A stretch of DNA of 37,614 nt from Caecitellus pseudoparvulus (Eukaryota; Protista; Bigyra: Bicosoecida), in the NCBI GenBank assembly GCA_965644315.1, contig CBFFRQ010000119.1:1-37614 (forward strand). The letters are read 5' to 3'. Position numbers and translations under genes: made by a program. Of this stretch, positions 1 to 12,592 are shown piece after piece; the stretch's first letter is position 1; each line of letters starts with the position of its first letter. The notes below the pieces were generated by a model. That model saw only the letters and a list, made by a program, of their open reading frames with translations, ran no database searches and was not told the origin of the DNA.

Positions 1-2099
1 AGATCAAGTCACAAGAGCTTTAGGCCTCTGACAGTTGCTTCATACAAGTTGAACTACTTGATGGCCGGAAGAGAGCCCTGGGTCTTCCATGCAACCAACG
101 TCGGGCTGCATGCTGCTGTCAGCGCGCTTCTCATCCCGCTGGGAGAGCTCGCGGGAGCTGCCAGGGCCTGCAGCGCTTGTGCTGCGCTGCTCTTCGCTGT
201 GCATCCTGTTCATGTGGAAGCCGTTGCAGGCATAGTGAGCAGGGCTGACTTGCTCAGCGGTCTCTTGTTTGTCGCGGCATCTGCTCGCATACGGAGCCAG
301 CCATAACGGGCAAGCCTGGACCTGGAAATGGGCTGCTGTGGCTGCTGCCTACGCTCTCGTTGCGGCTGCATCCCTTGCAAAGGAGGTGGGATTCACAGTT
401 CTGGCTGGTTTCGTCCTCTACGACTTGTGGCTGTGTGGTCCTGCCCAGCTCTCAGGGCAGGCGCGAGACGGCAGCAGCCCGACATGGCTGCTGAGTGGCC
501 TGCACGCCACTCACACGCGGGGGGCCGGGTCGCGTGCTCCTTCCTCTTTGCCGCAATCTTCATGCACTTCCGGATGCAAGTGCACAGAGGTGCGCCACTG
601 TACGAGTGGAGCATCATGGAGAACCGCAGCTGGCCCTCATGCCTGCGGGCCTAGCCCGGACGCTGACGGTGGCGTACACCCATGTTGAGTATGCTTGGCT
701 CTTTGTGTGGCCCAGCGATTTGAGCTTTGACCATGGCTTCGACACTCCGAGGATCATCGAGGCAGTGACTGACCCTCGCAACGTGCTGAGCGTCGCGTTG
801 TACGCTTGCGTATTCGTAGTGCTGTGGCGGTCAGTGGCGAAGCGGCAAGCCACACTCCTGTGGTGCGTGGGGATCGCTGCTGCCAGCTTCTTACCTGCCT
901 CAAACACAGTCATGTTCGTGGGAACAGAGGTTGCTGAGAGGCTCCTGTACATTCCTAGCATTGGACTCTGTCTCGCTGTGGCTTGGGCAGCGCCCATTCC
1001 GCAGACTTGGGAGCAGATGCAGTGGTCCAGCATCAGGCGAGCAACATTGAGAAGGAAGGGCACCTGGGCGCTTCTTGCGTGTGTGCTAGTTGCCATGCTC
1101 GTGCGCAGTGTGGTGCGGAACGAGGACTGGAGGGATGAGCTGTCGCTGTACAAGGCGGGCGTGGCAGTGCGCCCTCGATCCGTCAAGGCACTGAACAACT
1201 ATGCGAACATCTTGCTCAACTCGAAGAGACCAGACGCTTTGCCCCTCGCTGCAGACGCTTTGCAGGCTGCCATTGACATCTACCCTGACGCAGGTTCTGC
1301 ATGGCACAACTTGGGCCTGGTGCACCAGGGAATGCGCAACACATCAGGGGCTGCACACCACTTTTGGGGCTGCATCTATGCTTCACATCGGACGCCATGT
1401 GACTGCAAGCATGACCTTGGACAGGTTTACCTGTCCGACTTCCTGGCGACCAAACTGCAGTCCACGGGTCAAGACATCCTTCTGGGAGAAGGCGGCTGGG
1501 CCGAACGCTACCTTGCCGAGCGCCACAACCGCACATTGCCAGGCCCCAGGTCGCTCTTGCTAGCCAAACTTCTGCTGGAAGACTTTGGGGCCTGTGGGAC
1601 CATGACTCCCAACGTGCACTTCCATCGTGCCCAGGTCGCACGGGAGTTTTTGGGCCCACACGCTGCCATCGCCGAACTGCGCCAAGGTTTGCAAACCGCA
1701 GGCACAGCCAGGGTCACCCACGTGCACAACCTCCTTGGTCTCACACTCCAAGCCATCGGCAAACCGCAAGAAGCATTGGTGCATTTCGAGGCAGCGCTGA
1801 GGGAGGAGCCGTGGGACGCAGCGCTGTGGAGCAATGCTGGGAACTGCCTCCATGAGTTGGGGCGCTTCTCGCAGGCGCTGGAGCGGCACCAAACAGCTTA
1901 CTCAACAGCCCCTGCAGACTCTGGCATTGCCAACAACCTGGCCTTCTCCCTGGAGCTCTCTGGTCGGTACTCTGATGCCCTCCTTGTCCTTCAAGCAGCC
2001 TTGGCTCACCACCCGACGAGCGCCTGGCTGCAGGCAAGGCATGACGTCTTGAAGGACAAGCTCGAAGCACTTGCTAGCCTAGGTGTGTATGGGTTGTAG
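1..2099 (+). CDS. TMTC: TMTC-family protein O-mannosyltransferase (membrane GT-C region, DUF1736, C-terminal TPRs); 5' end lies outside the window; three apparent frameshifts (~280, ~520, ~625)
   Basis: Frame 1 from base 1 reads SHKSFRPLTVASYKLNY...FHATNVGLHA...LFAVHPVHVEAVAGIVSRADLL. It continues in frame 2 (LAKEVGFT), frame 1 (SIMEN) and frame 3 (LFVWPSDLSFD, FLPASN-x-VGTEVAERLLYIPSIG, RNEDWRDELSLY, then TPR-like repeats). These are TMTC1-4 hallmark motifs. The paralog cannot be assigned. Confidence 0.9.
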
Positions 2100-2110
2100 T
2101 GCCGCAGCCT

Positions 2111-5100
2111 TTACCCGTGCTGTGCGGGCTCAGCTGCACCCTCCTCCCGCTGCGCTCGACGGGCTTCCAGCCCAATGATGAAGTGCATGTGCTCGTCCTC
2201 CTCCGCCAGAGATCGCGCGAAATCGCCCGCTCGCATAGGGGATACACTCCCTTCATCACCATGGAGCAGCGTCCGTCCCTGGCCGTGGGGTACACCTCTC
2301 GTCGGTGACTTGGGCATCGCTTTGAGGAGCTCGCCCACACTGCCAACGGGCTGGGCACCTCCTCCAGGAACACCAGGCAGGTGAAGGTGCTGTTCCAGCC
2401 GCTCCCGCATGTCCTGCATGAGTTTTGTCGTCCTGGCTTCGTCGTGGAGCTCCGCATCCCACCTGGACCGCATGTCCACGGGCACACCGTTCAGCACTTC
2501 CTGCACATTGTCGTCATCCAGCAGACCTCGCTCCAATGCAGCCGAAGTGCCCTTTGTCGGGGCCGCCTCCTGGATGCCGCCCATGCCGACACTTGTGGGT
2601 GTAGCGTGCCCTTTTCGTTGTGCAGATAGGCGCCTCGCCTCCCTGCGTTCCAGCGCGCTTGAGTATGCCAACTCTTTCGCTCTGCACCAACGGCTGCTGC
2701 TTCAATGACGCGGCGGCTTCTTTGGCTTTCCTTGCCTCCTGCTGTGCTTCATCAGCCGCCAACGCCTGAACAACCTGTCTGTCTGTTTGGGAGAGTGCCT
2801 TGGACACTGACAGGAACACAGAGGATGGCGTGAGCTTGGGCGCAGCCCGCTTTGGGGCGCTTCCAGCTTCCTCTCCGAAGGTGCCCACATTGCGCTCCAA
2901 TGGTCGCGCTTTGGCAGCTTGCATGAGAGCAGTCATGGGTGAAGCTGCAGTGTGTGGCAGTTTTGTGGGGTGCAGTGGGGTTGAGAAGTTGAAAAACTCG
3001 CCAGAAGCTCGGGAGGGTGACCTGGGCTCAACGCCTGTCTGAGGCGGCGCCCCGTGTTCGTCACTGAGGCGCCGCTGCTGGCGCAGCACGGCTCGAACAA
3101 AGTCCTCGTTCGCCGCGCGAAGCACAGACACGGAGTGTTTGTGCATGCTTGGGGCTAAGTACTGACCCCCTTCTAGGTACGAGAGCTTGGCTGGCTGCAC
3201 CCGCACCCGCGCCACCGTGGCCGACGCGGGCCGGGAGCTCTTCGGACTGCGTGGCGTCGCCGACACTGCTTGTCCGAGAAGCCCAGCTGATTCGGACTTG
3301 GACAAAACAGCAGCCATGGCACTGGCCGCGCGAGAAGCGTTTGCCCGTGCCTTGGCTGCCTGCAAGCCGCCAGGCCCCCGTGCTGACACCAGGGACGTAT
3401 CTCGTGCACTCGCCTCCTCTGCAAGGCTCTGGCGGTGGGCGCCTCGCTGCACTTGGGGCAAGGCATTGTGATTCCCCAGGTTACTTAGGAAGCGCTCGGC
3501 TTGGTCGGCGGCCCGCCCGCCGCCAACAGTCGCGCTGAGCAGGGCGTGGTGGGAACCTCTGTAGCCCGAGGACGCCAGTCGTAGCTGGGCATCGGAGTGG
3601 CCATGCCTCTGTCTCTTGGAGCTCCTCAGCTGGTGACTGGCCAGGATTTCAATTTGGCCCACAGGGGCAGCCATGCCAGCGCCGGCAGACCGCGCTGCCA
3701 CCACATTCACCACTGTGCTGAGGGATGGCTTGACCGCTCCAGCCCGGGCGGTCTGTCCAGCTTCCACGCTGGCTTCTCCTGCAGCGGCTGAAGTGCCCAG
3801 CGTGGCAGCCTGGGGCGGTGCTCCGTCTGGAGATACGCTGGCAGCAGCTGCCGCCGCCGCCGCCGCCATCTGCAGGGAGCTGGCGCCAACACTGTTGCCT
3901 TCTGAGATGGCGATGAGACGCAGGCGCAACATACCCCGCCGGTGCACCATGAAGTGTCCTCTGGGGCCCATGTGTGGCACGGTGCCTGCGTCTGCATGTT
4001 CCAACTGCACGGTGGAGTGGCCTTGCTCGACAGGTGCTGTGGATGTCTGCCCAGGCTGGTCCGCCTCAGCAGCTGCTGCTGATTCCGTGGATGCAAGGGA
4101 GAGCGTGGAGGAGGAAGCCTTCTTCAGGGTGGGATGGGTAGACTGGGTGCCGGGAAGGGCCCTGCCACTGCGGCGCGAGCTACGGCGCCGCAGCAGGGTC
4201 GGCTTGGGCCGCTCACCCTTCATGATGTGCGAAAACGTACGCTTCAGCCCAAAACGCTTCTGGTACGCGGAGGCCATCTGTGCCTGGTGCAGGGCGGCGG
4301 TGTAGCCGTCCTTCAGCGCGAACTTCAACTTGCGCCCCAACGCTGCGTGGCGCCGCTGGGCCACTTCTGCCAGGGTGTCTAGGCCCTGCGTGCCCTGCTC
4401 CACCATGTGCAGCCGGCGCCACATGGCAGCTTGGTGGGCTGGGGAGTCCCGGGACGCCAACTGCAGGAAGCGCATGGCATGCAAGTCCATGAAGGCCAGG
4501 CGCGACTGCGGCAGCAGCAACTCCAGCAGCTGTGTCTGGGACGGAGCGGGGAAGCCTGGTCTGGCAGGCGCTGCGTGCCCTTGGCCGGAGGCCACAGCTG
4601 CCACAGCAAGGGCATCATGCTGGGTGCTGGGCGGCACCTTGCGGTGGTGCGAGGCCAGGAACAAGGAGCCGTGACTGAGCACCACCACATCCATGTTCCG
4701 GACATCCCGGGCGTGTTCCGGCGACACGTTCACAGGCACGTTGCCGGTGAAGGAGGTGCCTTCGTCTTCGCTGGACGAGTCGCTGCCGCCTGCTGGCCCC
4801 AGAGCCCCATCGCCCTGGTCGGGTGTGGCATCGGCATCTCGCGTGTTGGAGGGGTGCCGGCGCAGGGCGGCGGTGATGGTCCAGCACCCGACGCGCTCAG
4901 CCGCCGCGTTCATGTCCCCCACCAACGCCTCAAAGGCAGGGCTGCCCAGCTTGTACAAGCCTGAAGGGTTCCGAAGGGAGGGCGGGCCGTGCACGCTGCC
5001 GCCGTTGGAGGGGGTGGGAAAGCCCCGCCCAGGCACAAAGGCAGGCACAGGTCGCGGCACGCCATAGTCGTTCCCCACGACGTCCAACAGCGGTGCTAGC

Positions 5101-7645
5101 TGGGATTCACGTTTCTTGCCGTGCAAGCTTGACAGCAGGGCCGCCTCTGTGGCAGAAAACGTCCACCGCGGCATGCGGGGCGGGCCGGTCACAGCCAGGA
5201 CGCGGGGGGAGCCGTGGGAAGCGCCTTCCAGCGCGGTGCCTGCGCCGCCCGTGCCGCCTGCTGACAGACTGCGCGAGTGACTCACTCGCATGCTCCCGCC
5301 AAAGCGACCGGAGGGATCTGCTGCGCTGGGGCTGGGCGATCGGGGGGAGCCGCTGTCTAGCAAGGGCACCACTCGTTGCTCACCAGTTGTTGTGAGCTGC
5401 ACACCCTCCGGGGGCACATGCCAAGGTGTGCCGGCAGCGAGGGCAGTCTCCAAGCTGGGGTCGCGTGCCACGACTGCTCTTGGGCGCCGTGTGAAGGCGG
5501 AGGCTGACGCCTTGTACAACGGGAAAGCGGACACAGTGGTCTCTGCTTCCGGGGCGTTCATGGCAGTGTGGCGGGTGATGAGGCTGCTGTCGGGAGCGGG
5601 CACATTCTGTGTGTCGCCCACGCCCCCAGACTGCGTCAGGAAGGTGGTGGAGCCGTCCCCAGCCTCGCCGTCGTCGGCGTGGGCCTGTGAGCGGGCCTTG
5701 CTGTCCGCTTCCGCCAGACGCTCGCGGATGCGGTTGTCCACGAGCGCCTCTTGTGTCGTCACATCCAGGAGGGCTGGCTGGCTGTGGTCTGCAGCATCCA
5801 AGGGCACGCCGGAGGCGAGGCTGGACATCTCCGTGGCGCGGGACAGGCCCACGCCCAGCACGGCGCCGCTGCTCCAGCCCTTGGTGCCTGGCCCCGACAC
5901 CAGCTGCAGCCACAGGGGGCCGCCGTACTGCACCACACCGCGGTTCTTGGGGTTCTTCAGATCAATCACCCGAAAGATGTACAGAGGCGCTGCAGGTGTC
6001 ACGGGGCGGCCGGTCTGACTCAACGCGCTCGTCGCGTCCAGCGCCGCCCGCACCAGCTGCTGCACTGCCCGGCGGGGCGCCACCGTCAGCGCCGAGGCTG
6101 CCTCGCCAGCAGGCAGGCCCGTCGTGGGAAGCCTGTGCCCTGGGATGGGGGGTGTCGCCTCCTCCGCCTCCGTCAGGCCGCGGGTGCTGGGCTGGACCTT
6201 GCTGTGGCGCCCTGCGCCGCCGGCCCGCGGGCTGGCCCCCGCCACACCCTCTTTCTGTGCCAGGCTCTGCTGCATCCAGCGGTCCATGGCAGCACACGTG
6301 GCAAAGGTGGGGAAGGGCTCCAACCCCTTGCTCTCCCATTCCGGCGTCGGTTGTTGGAAGGCGACCACGCCGGTGCGGGGGTCCACCGTGAGGAAGGCGC
6401 CGTCATCCGCCTCCAGGGCGATCAAGGAGCCGTAGTAAATGTTCGCGGAAGTGTCCTTGGGGAAGAGGGGGTGCGTCACCTCGCGCTGCCGCCGGGGCGG
6501 CGGGCGCTGGGCACCTGCACCCCCCCTCCCCACCGGCTCAGTGGACTCATCGTCGCTACTGCTGTCATCATCCTGTTCCGTCGCCAACGGACTCCGGCGA
6601 TCTGCCCGCCGACCACTGCTGTACAGGCTGGAGCGCGGGTCGTGCACGTGCTGCAGCAGCTTGCGCTGCAGACTCTTGGACTGGAGCATGGCCTCCTGCG
6701 CCGGCGTGAGCACCGAGCTGGCCGTGTCGGCGGGGACATCCCGGAAGGCATCCGAGCCCAGCCGCGTGTCAGCAGCTGCCACGTCGTCCACGGGAGGCGG
6801 CACTTCCCCCTCACCCGCCCGCTGCCTGCGCTGCAGCTTGACAGGTGTGCGCTCCAGCTTGGGCACTGTGGGTTCGCGCTGCAGGGGGGGGATGGACACT
6901 GACTTGGAGGGGGGGAAAGGCAGAGCCAGGGGCAGCGACTGCGGGGTCGTCTGCTGTGTCCGCTGTTCCGCAGAAGCACGAGACCGGGGCAGCTGGCGAC
7001 TGCCCGCCGGGACTGCCCCCCTCCTTCGCGGGATGCGGTTGGACAGTGCCTGCACTGTGCCCGGGAGGGGGGGGCTTGTCCCTCGCTGGAGCGGCAGCCC
7101 CGGCCCAGAGGTGGAGTCACCATGCACGTCGGACCGGGGTGTGCAGATGTCGCAGTCGCCTCCTCCGTCGTCCCTCTCCTCGCCGCCCTCCTCGTCGTGT
7201 GTGAGCGTGAAGGTGACGCTGCGTCGCCCCGGACTCGCGGGAACTGACGGCCCCCGATGCAGAGCAGGCAGGCGGGGTGTGGAGCCGACGCCACCTGACA
7301 GCGACACAGCTGTTGGCTGCTCTTCTTTCCTTCCTTTTCCAAGGCGCGCTGCGGTTTGGGGCGTGGCGTGGCTGGTCAGCAGCATGCTGCCACCAGACGC
7401 TGCCGCATGAGTGTGGCTGCCGGAGCGGGGCAGGGAATGTGAGCGGGCAGAATCCAGGGCAAAATAAGGGTTCGTGCCACCCTGTGACGCCGGTGCTGTG
7501 GCGCCACTTCGCCGGCGCAGGAGCTGGCCGGTCTTTGCTGCCGAGCGAAGCAACTGCCCTCGCTGTGGGGTGGGCCAGAGGCGGGCGAGTGCGTCAGGTC
7601 ACGCCAAGCACTACACCGGCAGCGACTCACCTTCACCACGGGCAT
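2111..7645 (-). CDS. Large low-complexity hypothetical protein (~1800 aa) with scattered beta-rich segments; exon 7645-7631, intron 7630-7563, long exon, probable frameshift near 2683
   Basis: ATG CCC GTG GTG AAG|GTGAGT...CACAG|CGA joins in frame to ORF 2514..7553. The coding-like tail (AKELAYSSALERREARR...) lies in ORF 2111..2671, reached by a frame change at about 2683. Confidence 0.65.
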
Positions 7646-8261
7646 TCCTAGAGCTGCATGCTGTACTTGTCTGTTGGACACCCCCCTGCAGAGAGCAGCC
7701 ACGTGCACGGTGGGCCGGACGCTACGCGTGGTCGCTGCGACTGGCCTAGGCACACCGCTCGCAGCACCTACACGAGCGCGTGCACGACGCTGTCCTTCTG
7801 TTGCTTGGCTGATGCCTTGGCATGCACGGGTGAGAACATGGCTGGGGCCTCTCACTGTCCCAGGGCCCCCGGCACTGCCGGCGGCAGCGCAGCACACAAC
7901 GTGCCTGAGCGGCCGCCGCCCGCGTGGCCCTGGCTGCGACAGCCACGCCCCAGTGCCCGCAACAATAAGTGCCAGTCTGCTACGATGGGCTTGCACTGTG
8001 TGATCCTTTGGGTGTGCGGCGCCCGGGCGCAGCGGAGGTGTCCAGGATGGCGTCCACAGTTTTGCGGTGGCAGCACAATTGCTCCAACCTGGCCATCCTC
8101 TCTGACTCAGCTCCGTCACACTGCCACTGCCTGTGGCACTTGTCAGGCCTTGATACGAGGATTGGTGGGATCGCTGTCTGGACCACATCTGCAGCCGACG
8201 CCCCTTGCCCTCCGGCATCTTTGAAGTCTCCCCTGCATTGCGCAAGCATCACCAGCCAGCA

Positions 8262-9425
8262 ATGTCACTTCGTTGCGGCGCCACAGCTCGGAAGAACGTT
8301 GATGTCTTCTCGGGGCCAGGGCCAGAGTACAGGGGCGGCCTTGTGAAAGACACCCGTTGGGCAACCTTTGACGGTGCCTTGAGCAAGCCTGAGTTCCTGG
8401 ACTACGGCTACGGGGACGGGCCGAAAGAGCCCTCCCGTTTCCTGTCGTCGCAGCGGCGCAGGTTTCGAGGGGGCCAGGGGGGCCTGCAGGATACGCGGCC
8501 CCGATCCCTGGAACCATCAGCAGATGCATCAGCACAAGGTGGTGGGCAGGGGGGGGTGAAGCCGTCCATGACTCAGCCCGCCTTCAAGTCCCAGGGCAAA
8601 GACGTGAGCTTCCAAGGTCGCACAGCGACTTGACCCGCCAGGCCTGCCTTGCCACTGCACCCCCCACGCCTGCCTTGCTCGCGCAGTTCAAGGGTGGCTT
8701 GTTTTCCAAGCCTGCGTTGGACACAGCTCCCATCCAGCGAGACCAAGTGGCCAAACTGGGGGGTGAGCGCCGAGCAGGCCGGGCCCTCGCTGGGCCGTAC
8801 AAGTGAGTGCGCCCATGTCCCGCTGCCGCGCAGGGCAAACGAAACACACAGCCACGCACGCACACCCCCGCCCAGATCACGTGGAAACAACCTCGGACGT
8901 GGCAAGGGGGGCACCTTCGGGCCGCTGCAGCACCTGGGCGGGGACGCCGACCCCCACCGCAGAGGCACAGCTGGGCAGCCCAGGGACACCAGCCACCGAG
9001 TGCGGCACGGCGCAGGCTTCAACACCAGCAGCAAGAAGGGCGGCCTCTTCGGCACCTTTGAGTACATGGCAGATGGCGGGCCTGACTCGTGGAAGGAGGC
9101 GCAGGGTGGCGCCAGCGCCCGGCGGCGGGGTGCCCGCAGCAAGCCCCACCTGGCAGACAAACACGCCAAAGGCACGTTTGGCGCCTTCCCAGCGCACATG
9201 TCTGACCCGTACCAAGACAGGCCCGCCCACCCTGGAAAGGGGGCCAAGGGGGCCATTTACACCTTCACAGTGCACTACCATAGGTCGGCCCGCCCCAACA
9301 CCAGCGGTGCCGGGAGGGTGCGAGGGCGCACGACTGCCCAGATGGGGGAGTACACCCGCACACGGGTGCGCTCGGGGCGACCGCTGCACACGACGACCAG
9401 CCTCGGGCACTCGTCTGCCCGGTGA
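8262..9425 (+). CDS. Probable CFAP96/C4orf47 (UPF0602, DUF4586)-like ciliary protein; exons 8262-8603, 8687-8802, 8876-9425
   Basis: Introns 8604-8686 (GTGAGC...GCGCAG) and 8803-8875 (GTGAGT...CCCAG) splice in frame. Repeated G-x-F motifs (GGLFSKP, GGLFGTFEYM, GTFGAFPAHMSDPY) resemble this family. The gene model is firm; the family call is from motif memory. Confidence 0.6.
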
Positions 9426-9454
9426 GCCGCGCAACCGGGACCAATGCATTGCAC

Positions 9455-11000
9455 TCACGCGCCACGACCACGCCCCCGACCGCGACCCCCCCCTCGTCCA
9501 CGACCCCCCCTCGGCCACGACCCCCCCCGTCCACGACCCCCCTCGTCCTCGGCCTCCTCTGGATGCCTTCGCTGGGTGGCTGCCCCCCTCCTCCCCTCCT
9601 GCACCGCCTTCACGTGCTCGCTTAAAGCCGCCCTGGCGAGGTCCAGCGTGCGCGCCACCCCGACCACGGCCGCGTCCACCACCACCCCGGCCCCGGCCCC
9701 GGCCCCGACCCCGGCCTCGCCCTCGACCGGCTCGCTGTGGGCCGCCACCGCTGTCCTCATCACCCCCCTCCGCCCCAGCGCGGGCCGCAGCTGACTCCAG
9801 CTTGCGCTGCAGCCGTGAGTGCGCCTCGTAGCCAGACAGCTCGGACATCTTCTTCTTCGCACGTTTCCCATCTGGCGTGCGGTAGTTGTCCTTGGAGGCG
9901 AAGGCGCGCACTGCCAGAACGCGGTCATTCATGCCGAGCAGCGGAGCGGCTCCGGCCCCCGCCACGGCGATGGCGTGGCGCTCAGCCTCCGCCAACAGGG
10001 CCTTGGCGTGCGCAGCCTGTTCGAACTCCACGTAGCCAAAACCTGCCACCTTGCCCTTGTTGTTGCGCTCTGGGTGCACCTGCTTCAGGGGGCCCCAGGC
10101 CTGCAGCAGGGTGCGCAAAGCCTTCGCCACGGCCAGCCAATGGCCAGGGTTTGTGAGGTCGGTGGCGCCGCCCCCCGCCTCTGCTGCACGCATGGGCAGG
10201 CCAGACACGAACACGACGCTGGCGTCGCTGGTGGGCACAAAGGCGGGAGGGATGACGCCTGACTCGCCTGGGGCCAGCCGGGCCTCCACGTAGTGCACTG
10301 CAGCAGCCGCAGCCGCACCCTCATCATCCTCAGACGCCTTGGAGGATGCTGAAACTGCAGCTGAGCTTGCAGGTTTGGCCACCGGCGCCGGTGCAGGTGC
10401 CGGCACTGGCGCGGTGCTGGCCTGCGTGCCACTCGGGGCGGATGCTGCCGGGAGCAGAGGAAGGGGGGCCTTTGGAGCATGCAGGGCTGAGAAACTGCCA
10501 TGTTCCTCTTCCTCGGCCTGCTTTGGCTGGCTGGGCGCTTTGCCGCCCTGCTTGGGCTGGGAGGTGGCTGGCTCGGCCGTCTCCTCAGCGTCCGAGCTGG
10601 AGGTGGCGGACGCGTCGTCCTCTGCAGCCTCTCCATCAGACTCCGAGCCAGAGGCAGAGCCAGATTCATCCTCAGAACTGTCACCCTCCTCCGCTTCGTA
10701 CATGTGCCGGGCGAAGGAGTACATGACGCGGCGAGTGTGGTCGATATTCTGCTTGGCCGCCTCCGCCATGCCGCGCACCGCCTCGTCCTCGCTGTCACTG
10801 GCACCACTATCGCTCACAGCGCCCGCCGCCACGTCGTCATCTTCTTCGGAAGGAGGCGTCACGGGTCGAGCCACCTCCAGCTCCCCGTTCACGTCTGCTG
10901 CCAGCAAGGCGCCGATGCCTTGCCCAACTTCCGCAGATGACTGCACGCCTCCTCCCAGCTTCAGCATGGCCTCTGCGAAGCCATCCCTGTTGGAAAACAT
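9455..11000 (-). CDS. RRM RNA-binding protein with acidic N-terminus and C-terminal RGG tail (nucleolin/RBM34-like); frame disrupted in G homopolymers at 9486-9542
   Basis: RNP2 VVFVSGLP, RNP1 KVAGFGYVEF and D/E/S tracts are present. The RGRG repeats finish as ...RGRGRGRGA-TGA at 9455 in the frame of ORF 9455..9928. First ATG at 11000. Confidence 0.75.
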
Positions 11001-11513
11001 GATGAAGGCAAGAACCACGATATCTTACTGTCCTGGATCTGTCGCTGTGGTCTGCCCACTCAGCTGCTGCCCGCTGGCCGTCCAAGCGAGTGTTCCCTGT
11101 CTCGGCAACTGGTTCTCACTGCCGCCTTTCGGTCCCTTGCCCACGCAAACAGCTTTCTCAAGCGCAGAAAAAGATCCCAGCCGCAAGAAGAGAGCAACTC
11201 TTGTCCCCAACCGAAGACAGTTGTGTCTTTGGCAAGGCAGTGTAAGAACGTCGGCAACCGGGGTGCACCTAAAGCTGAGACGGCCACCAACCCCTTCTTG
11301 TACAACCCAGTGTTTGCCTTTATCGCAGATTGTCAAGTACAGCTACGCAGTTTGACAAATTTCGTCACTTTCCTACGCAAGCTGCAAGGTATTCGCCAGT
11401 CACACGTCCTCTCAACTGATCAGCTGCAAGGGGACAACCAATCTGCGGGCAATCTTGGCGTGCTGGCCGGGAGGCGTGGCGCAAAGAAGTGATTTCCGCA
11501 GCACAGACCAAGC

Positions 11514-12565
11514 ATGGCGGCAAGCGCGCCAGAGGCAGGGGATCCGCAATCCCGTGTGCTGGAGTGGAAGGAAGTAAACAGTTCCATCACCATTGTGAAA
11601 GCTACCTTCTGGTTGGGCTTCAGGCAGTCTGAAGGGCTCACCACAGTGGGCATCGCCAAGCGCCTCTTCTCCATGGTGGAGGCCAACCCGGACGCGCTTA
11701 CGGCTGGCAGCACCCCTGAACTGCTGCAGGAAGAGACAGAGGGCCTGCAGGCCCTGCAGACAGCAGTGAAGGCTTTCGAGAGCGGAGAAGGGCCTGAGCC
11801 GGCTATGGAACTTGACACCACCATGACGCTCGTGACACACGAAGGAAAAGTTGCTGTGATCAGCCCGGCTGCGCCTGGCGCCGAGGTTTTCAAGCGCATC
11901 GAGGAGATGGGGGAAGTTGTGGCGCTGGTTGCTCCGAATGTCCAGCACTGGCTGTTCCTGCAGGCGTATGCAGCTCGGTTTCCCGAGGCGCGGGTGTACC
12001 TGTCCGAAGCGGCGCTGGAGGAAGACCTGGCAGACAAGATGCCAGACCTCAAATCGTGCGTTTGAGAGCAACACCCTGTTCCGATCTTGGCCCGCATTCG
12101 ATCCCGCCCCCCCCCTTTCGCAGCTTTGAACGCCTGCAGGACGGCAGTGGACAGGTTCTGCCGTGCCTGGAGCAAGTGTACTTGCAAGGAGCGGTCCAAG
12201 CCATGCACGAGGTGCTGTTCCTGCACAAGCCTTCCAATACGCTTATCTGCTCGGATGCATTCTATCCAGGCTATCCTGACGGCGAAGAGCATCCCTGGGC
12301 GCCGCAGTGGTTCGCCCGTTTATGGTTCAAGTTGACCAAGGCGCCTGCTGGGTACAAGGACCCAGTCCTGCCGATTTACCGCACGGCGCGCGTAGCCAGT
12401 GCTGGAAGCCCAGCAGCGCTGCTGGACAGCCTGAACTGGATCGATACACACTGGACCTTCACAAGCATCATCTCAGCGCACGGATTTACGCCGTATACAG
12501 CCGACGCCCAGGCCGCCTTTCGCACCGCTTGGGTGGAGGGGTGTGCGCTTGACAGCAGCAAGTGA
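11514..12565 (+). CDS. DUF4336-family (metallo-beta-lactamase-like) protein; exons 11514-12055 and 12124-12565
   Basis: Motifs VAVISP, VVALVAPNVQHWLFLQAYAARFPEARVY, EVLFLHKPSNTLICSDAF and IISAHG. Intron 12056-12123 (GTGCGT...TTTCGCAG) joins LKS|FERL in frame. Confidence 0.8.
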
Positions 12566-12592
12566 AATGCAGAATTCCTGGTGCCCTGGTGG

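Noticed and set aside
8877-9454. C-terminal extension of the RRM ORF overlapping the plus-strand gene
   Set aside because: Arises from frame errors in G-runs. The RGG tail ends naturally at 9455 and the extension is the antisense of a spliced gene.
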